Source of the DNA: Neocallimastix sp. 'constans'
Taxonomy: Eukaryota
Reading direction: 5' to 3'
Length of the DNA: 64,000 nucleotides
Assembly: GCA_050613775.1 (NCBI GenBank)
Contig: JBODTK010000001.1
Span: 1,240,001-1,304,000, forward strand
Of this stretch, positions 50,081 to 64,000 are shown in pieces. The position numbers and the translations under genes were made by a program. The number at the start of each line of letters is the position of its first letter. Position 1 is the first letter of the stretch. The notes below the pieces were generated by a model. That model had not been told where the DNA came from. It saw only the letters and a program-made list of their open reading frames with translations, and did no database searches.

Positions 50081-50652
50081 TAATAATAATATATTAAATT
50101 ATAAAACAATAAAATCTTTGATATTCTTAAAATAAAAAATAAAAACAAAAATAGTTTAAGAAATAAAAAAAGTAAAATAATAATAAATAAATATAATCCT
50201 ACCTCTAATGTAATTATTCCTATACTTTTATTTTTATTTTTTAATTTTTTTTTTATTTAAACTTTTTTTAAACTTTTTCTTTTTAAATTATGTAAAATCA
50301 AGTAGTATTTATTTTTTTATATATATAAAAATAAATTTTTTACTTTCTTTTTTCTTTTTTTTTTATTAAAAGAAAAAAAAATTAATTTAATTTAATAGCT
50401 TAATATTAATACTATTAAATATATAATTATGATTACATATATATAAATTTTTTTATTTATTTAAATTTTTAAATGTTTTATATTATATATTATTTATTTC
50501 TTCTATTAAAATTTATATTTATAATTTTTAACAAAAAAAAAAAAAATAAAAATAAACTTATTCTTTTATATATTTTTATTTTATTTTCATTAAACTTTCT
50601 GTTTCAAAATATTATTTAATAATTTCTTAATTTTTAATTTTCACAGTTTCAT

Positions 50653-51593
50653 TTATAAAACATTGACAATAGTTGTCATAATACCAACAATTATAGCAAT
50701 AACTGCAGTGAAAGCATAGGTAGAAGCAGCTGATTTTGAATTTTTAGCATTAGCAACATCTTGTTCAGTTAATTTACCACCACTAATTGTAAATCTAGTT
50801 GAATAACTACTATCCTTAGAAGTACCAAAGTGAAGGAAATAGTTATTTGATTGCACTGGTAATTCTTTCATGACTTCTTGAAGTTCTTGAGTAGCTGTCT
50901 TTTTTTTTTTTTAAATTTATTTCATTTAATTTTTATTATTATTTTATTTTATTTTGAATAAATCATTTTTTTAAATTTTGAACAAAAAGGTGTTAAAAAA
51001 AATATTTTTATTAATATAAATAAATCATCTTAATTATATTTAAACATTTAAAATTAAATTTTATATTTATTTATTTATTTATTATTTTATACTTACCAAA
51101 TCAAAGAAAACTTTTCCAAGTTCAACATGGGGTACATTAATTGACATAAAAGGTTTGTTTTGACATTCCTCTGGTTTACCATTTTCAAAGTAATACTTTT
51201 GATACATATTTTTAAAAATTGATATTTATAATTTAATAATTTTAAAATTAATGATTATAAAATTCTTTTCTAATATTCTTTATATTTTTATTAAGTAATA
51301 TAATAAAGTAATATTTTTTTTTCATCATTTTATTCTTTACTAATAATAAATTCGAAATGTAAAATGCAAGATAAAAAATATATATATATTATTATATAAT
51401 ACTTTTTTGTATTTAAATAAAGACTTACAAGAGCTAATGTTTCACTTCCAGTAGCTTCAGTTACCCAATCAACTTCATAAATTTGTCCAAATTGCCAAAC
51501 AGTTTGCATATTTGGATTGGTAATATTCATAACTTTTTCAGCAAAACATGAGCTTATAAGAGTTACTAATAAAACAAATATTACAGATTTCAT
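50653..51593 (-). CDS. Small secreted, probably GPI-anchored cell-surface protein (Kre9/Knh1-like Ig-type N-terminal domain); exons 51593-51429, 51195-51097, 50898-50653; 169 aa
   Basis: Signal peptide MKSVIFVLLVTLISSCFA. ITNP....W..G..YEV.W and YF......SYSTRFTI motifs of the Ser/Thr-rich GPI-anchored family. Ends in SKSAAS plus a hydrophobic tail. Both introns are phase 0, GTAAGT..AG. Confidence 0.8.
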
Positions 51594-54009
51594 TTTGATT
51601 ATTTATATTATTATTATTTATAAAAAAAGATCCTTTATAAAGTTACTTTTAATTTTAAAAAATAATATCTATTTTTTTTATTTATTATTAATAATATTTA
51701 TTGTTATTTTTATTTGATGAATCCTGAATTGGGAATTTAATTATATATATTTATTATTTTTATTTGGATTGACTTTTTCTTTTGATTTCCAAATTCCTTT
51801 GTTCTTTTTTAAACTTTAAAAAAAAAAAAAAAAGAAAAAGAAAAAGAAAACATAAAAGAATAAAACTTAAAAGAAATTAAATAAGAATAAAAATTTTAAG
51901 AACAATAAACAAACAATAATAATTAATAAATAAATAAATAATAAAATAAATAAATGATTATACTCTATTAATAATAATTACTAATCTATAATTAATAATT
52001 GAATAAATAAATAAATAAATATATGCTCGACAATTAATATATATTTGCATATAAATTTTTTAATTCTTTTTCAAAAATATAATAAATACAATAATATATT
52101 AAATTCAATTGACTTGAATATTATTTAATTTATTCCTATTTTATATTTTAATATATTAAATAGCTTATTAAAACCACAAGATAGCCAATGAAATTCTTTT
52201 ATATGTGTTAAAATTTAAACTTAATTGAATTGTTATATATATTATAATATTGTTGTAATATATAATAAATAGAATCATTATTCAATTTTATTTGGTTAAT
52301 TTAAGAATTTTATATTTTTATTTTATGTAAATTTCAAATTTAGAATTCTAAAAATTAAAAATTAAATTAAAAATTTTTTATTTATTTATTTATTCTTGTG
52401 GTGGTCCAATGAAATGAAAGGAGGGTTGATTAAATTATTTTCAATTGAATTCAATATATTTTAATGTATATTATTATATTTATATAGTATGACATAATTA
52501 TATTAAAAATAGATTAAATTTTTATTTTATATTAGTATTGAGTAAATACAAAATTATATGATAATTATATACAAAATAATATAACATAATATGATATAAT
52601 GTAATATAAAATACAAAATAATATAAAATAAAATTAAATATAAAATAAAATTAAATATAAAATAAAATTAAATATATAATAAAATATTATAATATGAATT
52701 ATATAATTAGATTTACTATATAAAATAATATATTATAAAATTAAATATAAAAAATAAAGATAAAATATTAAAAAATATTAAAATTTTATAATCAGACTTC
52801 AAAAAAAAGTAAAGTAGCGAAACCAATATACATTATATATAATAAAAATAAGTTGTGGAGATTTTTTGTTATAGTAAAAACAATGGTATGGAATTAATGG
52901 GAGTGGTAATACAAAAAAGGGTGAATAAAATTTAAAATCAATATGATACTTATAAAAATAGAATTATCGAATTATCTAATAGTATAATAAATAGAAAAAA
53001 CTAAAATGAAGTGAACTATTAATGTTTAAATAAAAATAAAAAAAAAAAATTTTTTTATTTAAGGTTACATCAATAATATGAGATTGAAAGAATGAAAGAA
53101 TTTTAGCCTACTTTTTTTTTCTTTTTTTTTTAAGAAAAAAATAAATATTTAAAGTTAATAATAATTATATTATTTCTTTTTTATTTCATTTTAAAGGTAT
53201 CTTTCATTTATCATACATCTTTAGTCAATATATAATCTTTTTTTTTTATTATTTCAGGTATGATAAAAAAATGATTAATTATATTCATAATTATTTAATA
53301 ATTAATAAAATTTATTTGTGTGGTAACATTTTAAAAAATTTTTTATTTTACTTTTCTTTATAGTTTTAATTTATTTCTATGTTTAAATTAAATTTTTTAA
53401 AGGTGGTACAAAAGAAAAGAAAGAAAGAAAAAATACAAAAAAATGTAAAAAAAAAAAAAAAAAGAAAGAAAAAATAAAGAATTATTTAATAAATAAATAA
53501 ATAAATAGAAAATAAATAAATAAATAAAGGTTAATAAGTTAATAAATAAATAAATATTATTTATGATATTTATGATTTATAATAATGAATTAAATCTTTC
53601 CCTATTTTTAAACATTTCATCATCCTTTTTTTTTTTTTTCTAATGTTATTTTGTTTAAAGATTATTCTACAGTTAATTTTTGTTTTTATTTTTTTATTTT
53701 TATTTTAAACTTTAAATTTATTAAAATTAATTGTTTCATAAATTAAAATTGAATTATATATAAATTACAAATATTAAAATATATTTGTATTATATGTAAC
53801 TATAAATTAATTATATTTATTAACATAAGACTTTCATATAAAAAAATAAAATAAATACATTTCAATTACAATACATACTACTTTACGGAGTAAATTGAAT
53901 TGCAAACATGTAATGTAATATAATCAAAAGTGAAATAAATTGAAAGTTAACTCATGATTATTAAAATTTTATTTAATAATAAATAATTATTAAATATTAA
54001 ATAATAGAA

Positions 54010-54170
54010 TAATAAATAATAAATAATAAATAATAAATAATAAATAATAAATAATAAATAATAAATAATAAATAATAAATAATAAATAATAAATAATAAA
54101 TAATAAATAATAAATAATAAATAATAAATAATAAATAATAAATAATAAATAATAAGTAATAAATAATAAA
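54010..54170. repeat. (AATAAAT)n heptamer satellite
   Basis: Direct reading; the same unit also occurs at ~26650-26880 and ~60810-60990. Confidence 0.9.
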
Positions 54171-55440
54171 TAATTAATTATAAACAATTAATAATAAATA
54201 TTTAAAAATAAATAATAAATAATTAATAATAAATAATTAATATTTAATAATAATAAAAAAAAAAAAAAAAAAAAAACACCTATGATGATTAATAGCTTGA
54301 CTAAATTGTATTATGTATAAATATGCTAATAATACATATACATTAGTTTGTACTAGAATTGACATAGAAATACTATATAAATAATATTACTTTGAACTTA
54401 TTTATAATATACATCAAACATTCTAGTTTTATTCTTATACAACGACATATAAATCATAATCATAATAATATTACATTTATAAATAATTAGTTATAAATAA
54501 TTACAAAAGAAAATGTTCGAAATACAATTATAAATATAGTGGTTTTTGGTACAAAAAAGTAACATATTTTTTGGTGTAGGTTTACAGTTCTATCGTTATA
54601 TACCTAAAATAACATATCTTCAATCATATACTGGTAAAGCACTAGATTTGGTGTCAAAATTATAGATGTTATTTATATATAAACACGTGATACTTAAAAT
54701 GATAATGCCGGACTTTTATGTGAAATAATTTATAATGGATTTTTAAAAATAATGGTAAGTTTAGTAAAATCTATTAATAGAATTATAATATTCGTACAAT
54801 TAAAATACTAATTCCTAAAAATTACAAGAGAGTCCTCTATTTCTAATATAAATAATTTAATATATATTATAAGAAATAGGTAATATATTTATTATATATT
54901 CTACTATATAAAACTATATTAATTTTATATGAAAGTATTATAATTATTATAATTATAATACATATTGAAATTATCAAAAAGATATAAATTTAATATTTAA
55001 TAATTATTATTAAATATACAAATATATTGCTACACAATTTGTTTTATATCAAAAAATTACACACAGTTGTTTTTACACCAAACATAGTAAAAAAAAAAAC
55101 ATATATATGTTATTTTAATACTCTATTTATATAATACTAGATTCCTGTTATTTATGTGACTTGTTATTTTTAATAATTAAGTAAATAATAAATATTCTTT
55201 TTTTTATATATATATAATTTATTAATATTCAATTATAAAAATTTTTTTTTTTCAAAAAAAAAATTTTATAATTCTTTTTTAATAGAATATATTATTATTA
55301 CTTTTGAAATAGTTATTTAATGATATTTAATTGAAAAATATATTATTATTTCTTTTGAAATAATAATTTTTTATATATTTATTTATGAATGTATAGAATA
55401 TCCTAAAAATGTATGGCTTTATTTTAAAAATATTATAAAC

Positions 55441-55479
55441 CACATTGCGAAATGTACTATTGCGAAATGCACGATCCCC
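55441..55479. mobile_element. Possible solo terminus of a related MULE-type element
   Basis: The reverse complement GGGGATCGTGCATTTCGCAATAGTACATTTCGCAATG begins with GGG and has two CATTTCGC subrepeats 15 bp apart, as in the MITE TIRs. No partner end or TSD found. Confidence 0.4.
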
Positions 55480-56041
55480 AAATAACAGAATAATTATGTT
55501 ATCCATTTCTTCACCTTTCCTAGGCTATCTAATTTATATTTAGCATATATTACATTCGTATTATGAATAACACTCTTAAAATAAAGGGTTCATAGGTTTC
55601 ATTGTTGCACATATCTACCGGAGTTATGGTTTAAACCTCACTAAAAATCATATGGATATAACCTCAATTCTTCGTAATTAGTCGTACTAGCCTTATGATA
55701 AGCAATACATAGGAAGATAATGGTATAAATGGAGCGATTTGTAATTATTAAATAAACTACGAATATCAACTCAATAGGATTTATTGATTCGATATTTGTT
55801 GTTCACTTAATAAATAATAATATTGTTAAAAAATAATAAAATTTAATATATATATAATGGATACTTCTTCTATTTGATCCTTCCTTTCATGGCTAATAAT
55901 AATAACCAAAATATTATCTAAATTTTCTCTTTTTGCTTAATTCCAATTCGAACTCAAATTCTAAACACTAATAATATTTTTTAAGCGAAATTTTATTAAT
56001 TATTATATATTGATTATATCAATATTTAGTTAAAACAATAT

Positions 56042-56178
56042 TTCAATTTTATTCTATAAAGTCTACATTTCTTCTTTTCCTCTATCTCTTCATCTCTTCA
56101 CACCTCCTCCTCTTCAATTTTATTCTATAAAGTCTACATTTCTTCTTTTCCTCTATCTCTTCACACCTCCTCCTCCTC
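56042..56178. repeat. Tandem duplication of a ~65-71 bp pyrimidine-rich unit
   Basis: ttcaattttattctataaagtctacatttcttcttttcctctatctcttca..cacctcctcctc occurs at 56042 and 56113. Confidence 0.85.
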
Positions 56179-56921
56179 AATAAAATTAAATAAAATAATA
56201 AAAGTCATAGACATATAATAAAAATGAAAATATAATAAATATTTAATTTAAGTTTAAAAGTATAAATTGAATTATATGATATATTTTAGAGGTTAATAAC
56301 AAGGAATTGAAATGAAATAATATACTATCTTAGTGTTTAATTCTTGAAAGAGAATTAAATTATAAATTTCATTTTTTTTTTTTATTTATTATATGAGAAA
56401 CTTTATTTTTTTTTTTTTTCCTTTGAAGAATCATATCAAATAAATTTTATACTATTTAATACTAATTGAAAGAGTATAGTTATCATTATCTGTAGAAGTA
56501 GTTCCTACCACATTCCTGTATAAGTAACTATTAAGAATATCATTCAATACCACTCTTGTCTAGAGATAATAAACAAGGAGTGACGATGTCGAACCAGTAT
56601 GACAACATAACAACTTATAGAGCTGAGTAATACAATATGTATGTTTGTGGTAACCCATTCATATTGAATATTACATACCTCAGAGTCGTTCAAACAGTAT
56701 TTATATATTTCAATAAATGCTTAGTTTAAAATTATTTTTAACATTCAACACTAAAGAGAAAAGTAATAATAATAACGCTATTATCAACGCTAAAATAATT
56801 AATAATTATCCATTAAATTCAGTTACAATACTAGAAAGTACAAAATATAATTATTAGTACTATTATTAATATAAATTATGAAGTAAATCTTATAAATTAT
56901 TTAACTAAATATATAATTTTT

Positions 56922-56922
56922 A

Positions 56923-57018
<96 letters not shown>
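56922..57018. repeat. (AAT)n microsatellite, ~32 units
   Basis: Direct reading. Confidence 0.9.
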
Positions 57019-57019
<1 letters not shown>

Positions 57020-57934
57020 TATCTTTTTTTTTAATGTATTAATAAATAATTACAATGAAATATTTAATAAATATAGTTAAATTAAATATTTCTTTTATTT
57101 ATATATATTTTATATTTATATTATTATTTCAGATATGAGGAGATAATAATTTCAAAAATAATCCATATAATGATATTTTATTAATTTATAATAATGATCT
57201 TCTGATTTGTAATATTCATTTAATCCCACAGTTACAAATAACTTATTTCTTACTATCATAAAAGAGTCTAAGTTAATGACTGAAGTATTAAAAAAAAATT
57301 ATAAATAACTAAAAAGAATAACATTTATAGTTATATATCTTCTAATAGTAATATTAATAACAATAATAATACTTAATTTATAAAAGCAATAAATTAAAGA
57401 TTCCTAAAGAAAAAAAAATTTAAAAGAAAAAAAAATAACATATTAATCATTAAATTATAGATATAAATATATATTTATTAATATATATTTTAATGATAAA
57501 TTTTTGATTCACTATTTAATATATGAAAATTTTAAAAATATTCAAATAATTAAAAAAAAAAAAAAAAAAGAAAAGAATAATTTTATTTAAATAAATTTAA
57601 ATTAATATAATATATAAAAAATAAATAAAAAAATAAATTTTTCCTCATTAATGTACTTTATGCCAATGTTGTAAAAAAAAAAAAAAAAAAAAAAAAAGAG
57701 TCCACAGAAATAAGGAATAAACAAATCTAATACTTTAAAATGCTTAATTTTTTTGCCAATTTTTTTTTCTTTATTGTTTTTTTTTTTTTTTTTTACCCCT
57801 TTTTTATTTTTAAATATTTGTTTACTTTTAGGATAAATATATTTATAGTTTTCAAAATACAACATATTTTTTTTTTTTTTTGATCTTGATACTGATTTGA
57901 AAAAAATTTTTATAATTATCAAATTAAATGTTAA

Positions 57935-57971
<37 letters not shown>

Positions 57972-58194
57972 CATTTTTATTGAATATATACATTAAATAG
58001 TTTATTTTTATTATTTTTGTAAAAAAAAAAAAAAAATTAGTTTTTCCTTAAAAATTCAAATATATTTATATGTAGAAGTTCATATACATGCATAAATGTA
58101 TATGTAAATTTATAAATGATAACAATATATCAATATCAAAATCAAAATTTTTAAATCATGAAAAAAAAAATTATATGACTAATTCTTTTATTGA

Positions 58195-58233
<39 letters not shown>

Positions 58234-58959
58234 GATATTTAATTATGTATAATATTTAAATATTTATAATAATTAGTTTTTATTCTTCCATTGAATCTAG
58301 TAATAAAAATAATTAAAAAAATACATAATTAATAAATAATAATTATTTGATATCAAATCATTTAAAACATATAAAAATTTTTCTTTTACTTTTTTTTTTT
58401 TTTTTGTTTTTTTTTTTTGTTTTTAAATTTTTTAAAATAAAAGAAGATTATTAAGTAAAATGAAGTTTACTGTTTTTTCATATTAAATTTTAATAGTTTT
58501 TATTAATTATTACTAATATTATATGTTGTATGTTGTATGGATGATCCATTAAAATTTTTAAATTTATTTTTATGTATATAATATTAAATTTAAAATATAG
58601 AAATCTATTAATTAGGAATATATTATAATTATAAAAATATTTATATACTATTAGATTAAATTTGATAAAATAAAAATATCTTTTTTTTTTTTTTTATATT
58701 TAAAAAAAGCAACTTCATCTAAAATATTTTATTTATTATAAATTAAAATAAATTATTTAAATCAAGAAGTTATAGATAAAACAAAGATATATAATTATAT
58801 ATATATATATATTCTTCAAAAAATACTAATACTAATTAAATATATTTTTAAATCTATTTTGTATATTTATAGGATTAAAATTAGTTTAATATTTATATAT
58901 TTAATTTATAATTTTTTTTCCTTATTTTAAATCCTATTGCATATTTCATAATTAAAATT

Positions 58960-59015
<56 letters not shown>

Positions 59016-60604
59016 AAGAAAATAAAGAAAATAAATTTAGTTAAAAGAAAATAAAGATAAAAAGTTTAATTAAATTTTATTTATTATTATTATTATTATT
59101 TTTTTAATTTATACCATTGTAATGAATTGAATTATATGTAATTTATTAATTTTTTTTATTTAATATCTCTGATATTTTTAATAAATAATTATTATTAATT
59201 ATGACATTATGAATTTTTTTATTATTACTTTTTTTTTTTTTTTTTTTTTTTTTTCATAATTAGAAATAATAGTTATATATACATATATAATAGATTTAAT
59301 ATATATATTATTAAATCTACCATTAAATTCAATATAATTTAACTCTTAAATAATTTATATTTATTTAATAGCTCAATATAAAATAAAATATAAAATATAA
59401 TATATAAATCCAAATAAATGAATTTTAATGAATGAGAAATAAATAAGAAATAAAGAAATTAGATTATTTAACAACAACAACAACAACAAAAAAAAAAAAA
59501 AAAAAAAAGGCATATCAAATGAATAATTGTTAATTAACACATAAAAAAAATGTTTATTTATTTATTGCTATTATTATTGTATTATATGATGTAATTATAA
59601 AATTATAAATTATAGTTAGGATATAAAAATTAATTAAGAGTTAATATAAGAGTTACGGCCATTATATTTTATTAATTATAGATAGATTGACTTAAGATAT
59701 TCTGTTTATGTTTTAGCATTATAATGCATAATTTTTTTTTTTTTAAAAAAAAAAAAAAAGAGGTACTTTTGATTATTAAACTGAATTTAAATGCTTAAAT
59801 ATAAGCTTTGATATTTCATATTATTTTATTTCGACTTATATATATATAAATAGAGAACGTGAGAGAATCACTTTTTAATTTATAAATTATACTTTAAATT
59901 TGATCTTTTTTATTTTATTAATTTTATTTATTTATTTATTTTTATATATATATATATTAAATTAATACTACATCATTAATAGTTTCATATATTAAAATTA
60001 TATTATTTATATTAATATGTATATAATATTAATCATTTAATATATAGGAAGACAAGTAAAGTACAATAAATCACTTCTAATGATTTATATACACTGGATA
60101 ATTTATTTTTTTTTTTTTTTTTATAAAAAAATAAGAGATTTCTATTAAATTAGTATAATATAAATTCATATTATATAAATATTGATAAAACTTAATACTA
60201 ATTATAACTGAATAAATAGTAATCATCAATGGAGAGATACAGTTTATAAATAATTGAATGATAATTATGGATAAAGAAATATTTTTTATCAAAAGGAATA
60301 TAAAAAAATTTTTTTCAATATATTCGATTTTTATTATTAGTATTATTGTTATTTGATTTTACCATAAAATTATTTTTATTAGTTTTTTTTATTTTTATTT
60401 TTTTTTTTTTTATTTTTTTTTATTTTTTTCTACTTTAATAGTAATTATTATTACTATTTTTTAATTTGATATATTAATTATTTATCATTCAACTATTTAT
60501 GATAGAATATATATTTATTTTTTATGTCTTCATTTTTTCATATTTATCATTTTTTGTATATATATTATTATATTTATTATATTATAGATTCTATTTATTT
60601 ATTT

Positions 60605-60635
<31 letters not shown>

Positions 60636-61813
60636 TTTTCTGTATTCTGTTAAATTTTTTTGCTATTAAAAATCATTAATATTTTAAATATAAATTATCA
60701 TTTTTTAATGAAAAAAATGTATTTATGATTTATTTGTTTATAAACAATTAATATAACAATAATAATATAACAATAATTTATCAATAATAAATAATTTCTT
60801 GAATATATATAATAAATAATAAATAATTGAATAATAAATAATAAATAATAAATAATAAATAATAAATAATAAATAATAAATAATAAATAATAAATAATAA
60901 ATAATTGAATAATAAATAATAAATAATTGAATAATAAATAATAAATAATAAATAATAAAAAATAAAAAATAAATAATTGAATAATAAATAATTATATAAT
61001 AAATAATAAATAAATATATTAATAAATAATTCACCAAAATCAAATTAAATTTTGATTATTTTTTATGGAAAAAAGACCATTAATTTTTAAATATTAAAAT
61101 TATTATTTTATATTTTATTATTATATAGATATATTTTTTATTTTATTATTTTATCATATTTTATTATTTATTTTATCATAATTTAATATTTATTACTTAA
61201 TATTTTATTTTATTTTATTTTATTTTATTTTATCAAATTTTATTATTTATTTTTACTTTATTTTGATTTATTTTGATTTATTTTATTTTGATTTATTTTG
61301 ATTTATTTTATTTTATTTTGTTTTGTTTTATTTAATAAAAGTTAATTCATGATTATTTAACCAAATTTTCAAAATATTATTTTTTTTTTTTTTACTTTCC
61401 TTATATTTAATCAATCAACTCAAAATAATAAAAATTATCAATTATCAATATAATTAATTTAATAATATATGAAAATTTACATTGACATAATATATTATGA
61501 TTTGATTGTAATTCTAAATTCAAATTAATTTTTTTTTTTTTTATTTTATTATTAAAAATATTATTTTTTAATTTTTTTTATTTAATAAATATTTATTGTG
61601 ATAGTAATTAATATTTAATAATATGCTTAGTTTTCATATATATAAAGGACTTTTTTTTTCTTCTGAATTTTTTTTTTTTTAGACTTTAATAATAACATTT
61701 GTATTGTTATAAATTTCAAAAAAAAAAATATTTATATATATATATATATATATATCAAAATAGAAAAAATATTACTAATTTAAGAAATTCAAATTTTAAA
61801 ACAAATTATCCAA

Positions 61814-62878
61814 ATGAAGTGTACTTTATTTACTCTTATTGCTTTCTCTATTAGTTTAGTTAGTGCTGAAATTAAGATCAGTAACCCAATTGGTTCTACT
61901 AAATGGACTTTCGGTAAGACCGAAACTGTTCAATGGAGTACTGATGCTTCCGAATCTGGTCCAAGGGATTTATATGTTGTAAGTATATCATTTAAATAGA
62001 TATTAATTGTTTAAAAAAAAAAAAATAAAAAATAAAAAATAAAAAAACTAGATATCAAATATAATTGATATACATATATATGTGTGTGTATAAAAGTGAT
62101 AATTAATTAAATATATTTATTTTATGTAAAATAAAAATACTTTAATATAATAATAAAATATAAAATAGTTCTTCCTTAATAATATTAGTGAACCAACTTT
62201 ATTCCAAGGTGGTGATTACGTCGCTAAGACTGCTGTTGATGATGTTACAGCTGGATCGGCCAAGGTTGACCTTGTATGTATTAGAAAAAAAAATATTAAA
62301 AAAAAATTATTAAATTTGAAATCTAATATGAATTTATGTCAATGTTATGTTTAATTTTTAATATTTATGAATGAAATTTTTTTAAAAAAATTTTTTTTTT
62401 TTGAAAATGTATATAATAGTCTGGTGTTGATACTTCTAAATACCCTCCAAGCAGCAATAAATACTTTATTCGTATTGGTGATGTAGACGGTGGTTATTCT
62501 GCTCAATTCACTATTAGTGGTGGAACAGGTAAAGCATCTACTGGTGCATCTACTGGTGCATCTACCGGTACTTCTACTGGTGCATCTACTGGTGCATCTA
62601 CTGGTGCATCTACTGGTGTTTCTACTGGTGCAACCGGTTCTAGTTCCATTAGTTCCAGTCCCGCTTCAGGTGCTAATACAGGTGTTAGTGCTGGTTCAAC
62701 TGGTGCCACTACCGGTGCTACTGGTGTTACTTCCAGCATCAACGCTGGTAATTCTACCAGTAGTAATACTGTTACATCAGCTACTTCCCCTTCTGGTAAA
62801 ACTTCCAGTGACGCTACATCCAAGGTTGCTTTCTCTTTCATGGCTATCTTCGCTGCTCTCATTGCTCTCTTATTCTAA
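61814..62878 (+). CDS. Secreted Ser/Thr/Gly-rich, probably GPI-anchored protein (Kre9/Knh1-like domain), paralog of 50653-51593; exons 61814-61978, 62169-62273, 62420-62878; 242 aa
   Basis: Signal peptide MKCTLFTLIAFSISLVSA. ISNP....W..G..ETV.W and SNKYFIRIG....YSAQFTISGG motifs. (ASTG)n stalk from 12-bp repeats. Ends SDATSKVAFSFMAIFAALIALLF*. The real exon-3 frame is not in the ORF track. Confidence 0.88.
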
Positions 62879-63061
62879 ATTTTTTAATTGTTATAATGAA
62901 ATAGAAAAATAAAAATTTGATAACCACATTTTTTTTTAACAGTAAAAAAGAATTATTTATTATATAGAAATTTAATTTAATTAAAAAAAAAAAAAAAAAA
63001 AAAAAAAGAAAAAAAGAAAAAAGAAAATTCAGAAATCTTCCGAACAAAATAATTTGAATAA

Positions 63062-63095
<34 letters not shown>

Positions 63096-63389
63096 CTTTA
63101 TCTTTATCTATTATTATAGTTTAATCGATATTTTAATATTTTTTTTTTATAATTTTTTTTATAATATTTTTTTTTTATTTTTATTTTTTATTAAATTACT
63201 ATCCTAAAAATTCACTAAAAAAAAAAAAAAAATGAAATAAGAAAAAATAAAAAGAATATTAATAAAAATAATAAATTTTTTTTTAAAAAAACAATAATAA
63301 TAATTTTATCTTAATTTTAAAAACATATATATATATATATTTATTTTTTTTTTTATATATATAAAAAAATCTATAAAATTTCATTATTA

Positions 63390-64000
63390 CAAAAAGTTGA
63401 TAGTGAGCATGCTTTTTAAAATTTTCAAAATAATAAATCAGTATCTTCTACTGATGAAAAAAAAAAAAATTAAAAGCTTTAGCATGTTCATTTTAATTTT
63501 CTTGGGTCGGATTCTTCAGGTCATAGTCTTTCTAAAGATTTCTGGAAAGATTCTGAACCCCAATGTTATGAACTATTTTTCCATGTCTATGATGGAAAAG
63601 GAATAACCTAAAAAAAAAAAAAAAAAAAAAAGTGTATAACTCAGTTCCCATATATAATGTATTAATGAAAATTCATCTCTTTGGTATTAGAGGTAAATGT
63701 TGGAAATTTATTGAAAAAACTTATACTTATCTTCCAAGGCTGATGTAAGGGTTGGTGGACAATTACTAGCATCATTTAATATTAAGAAAGACGTTTCGTC
63801 ATGATTGTTCCCTCTCACTAATTTTATATAAATTGTTCATTATTGGCATTTTTAATAAATGTAATTGGCTTCCGATGGATACTTCGTGCCAAGATGTTGG
63901 ATATAAATTCGATGCTCCTGTTGTCAAAGTCACCAATATGATTGAAGATGACTTATCCAGAACGGTGTCTTTGTTGTTAGGGAGAAAAATAGGAATCCTC
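63390..64000 (+). mobile_element. Degenerate LINE fragment (pre-RT and RT region), running off the window end
   Basis: Broken plus-strand frames: HFNFLGSDSSGHSLSKDFW (~63490). Then 'ttcgtcatgattgttccctctcactaattttatataaattgttcattattggcatttttaataaatgtaa', a decayed (G)VRQGCPLSPILFNLFIIGIFNKC matching the 10.6 kb LINE motif. Confidence 0.65.

Noticed and set aside
62490..62912. ORF-track proteins 62490..62912 (+) and 62503..62862 (-)
   Set aside because: Shadow frames of the ASTG-repeat exon 62420-62878.

Overview
Eukaryotic, extremely AT-rich, intron-containing genomic DNA. The poly-A/T runs, (AAT)n and (AATAAAT)n satellites and GT-AG introns most resemble an anaerobic gut fungus (Neocallimastigomycota); this assignment is an inference. 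By joining in-frame exons by hand I reconstruct seven spliced genes. These are a DH(RhoGEF)-PH-TLDc fusion, a 10-exon Q-rich KIX-domain Med15/Gal11-like protein, a 56-aa Pmp3/RCI2 proteolipid missed by the ORF track, a bromodomain + GATA finger + ET-domain protein, an 11-exon ~1794-aa soluble adenylyl cyclase (ADCY10-like)/STAND protein, and a divergent pair of paralogous secreted, GPI-anchor-like Kre9/Knh1-type proteins. Two of the signalling proteins look like pseudoenzymes. The cyclase has lost its catalytic residues and its Walker A lysine, and the DH domain lacks its two key residues. Intergenic DNA holds decayed LINE retrotransposons, three copies of a poly-A-tailed retroposon 3' end (one with a 12-bp TSD), and a Mutator-like MITE family with 9-bp TSDs, one copy nested inside the retroposon. 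No rRNA, tRNA or CRISPR array is supported. All exon models are manual and need RNA-seq confirmation.
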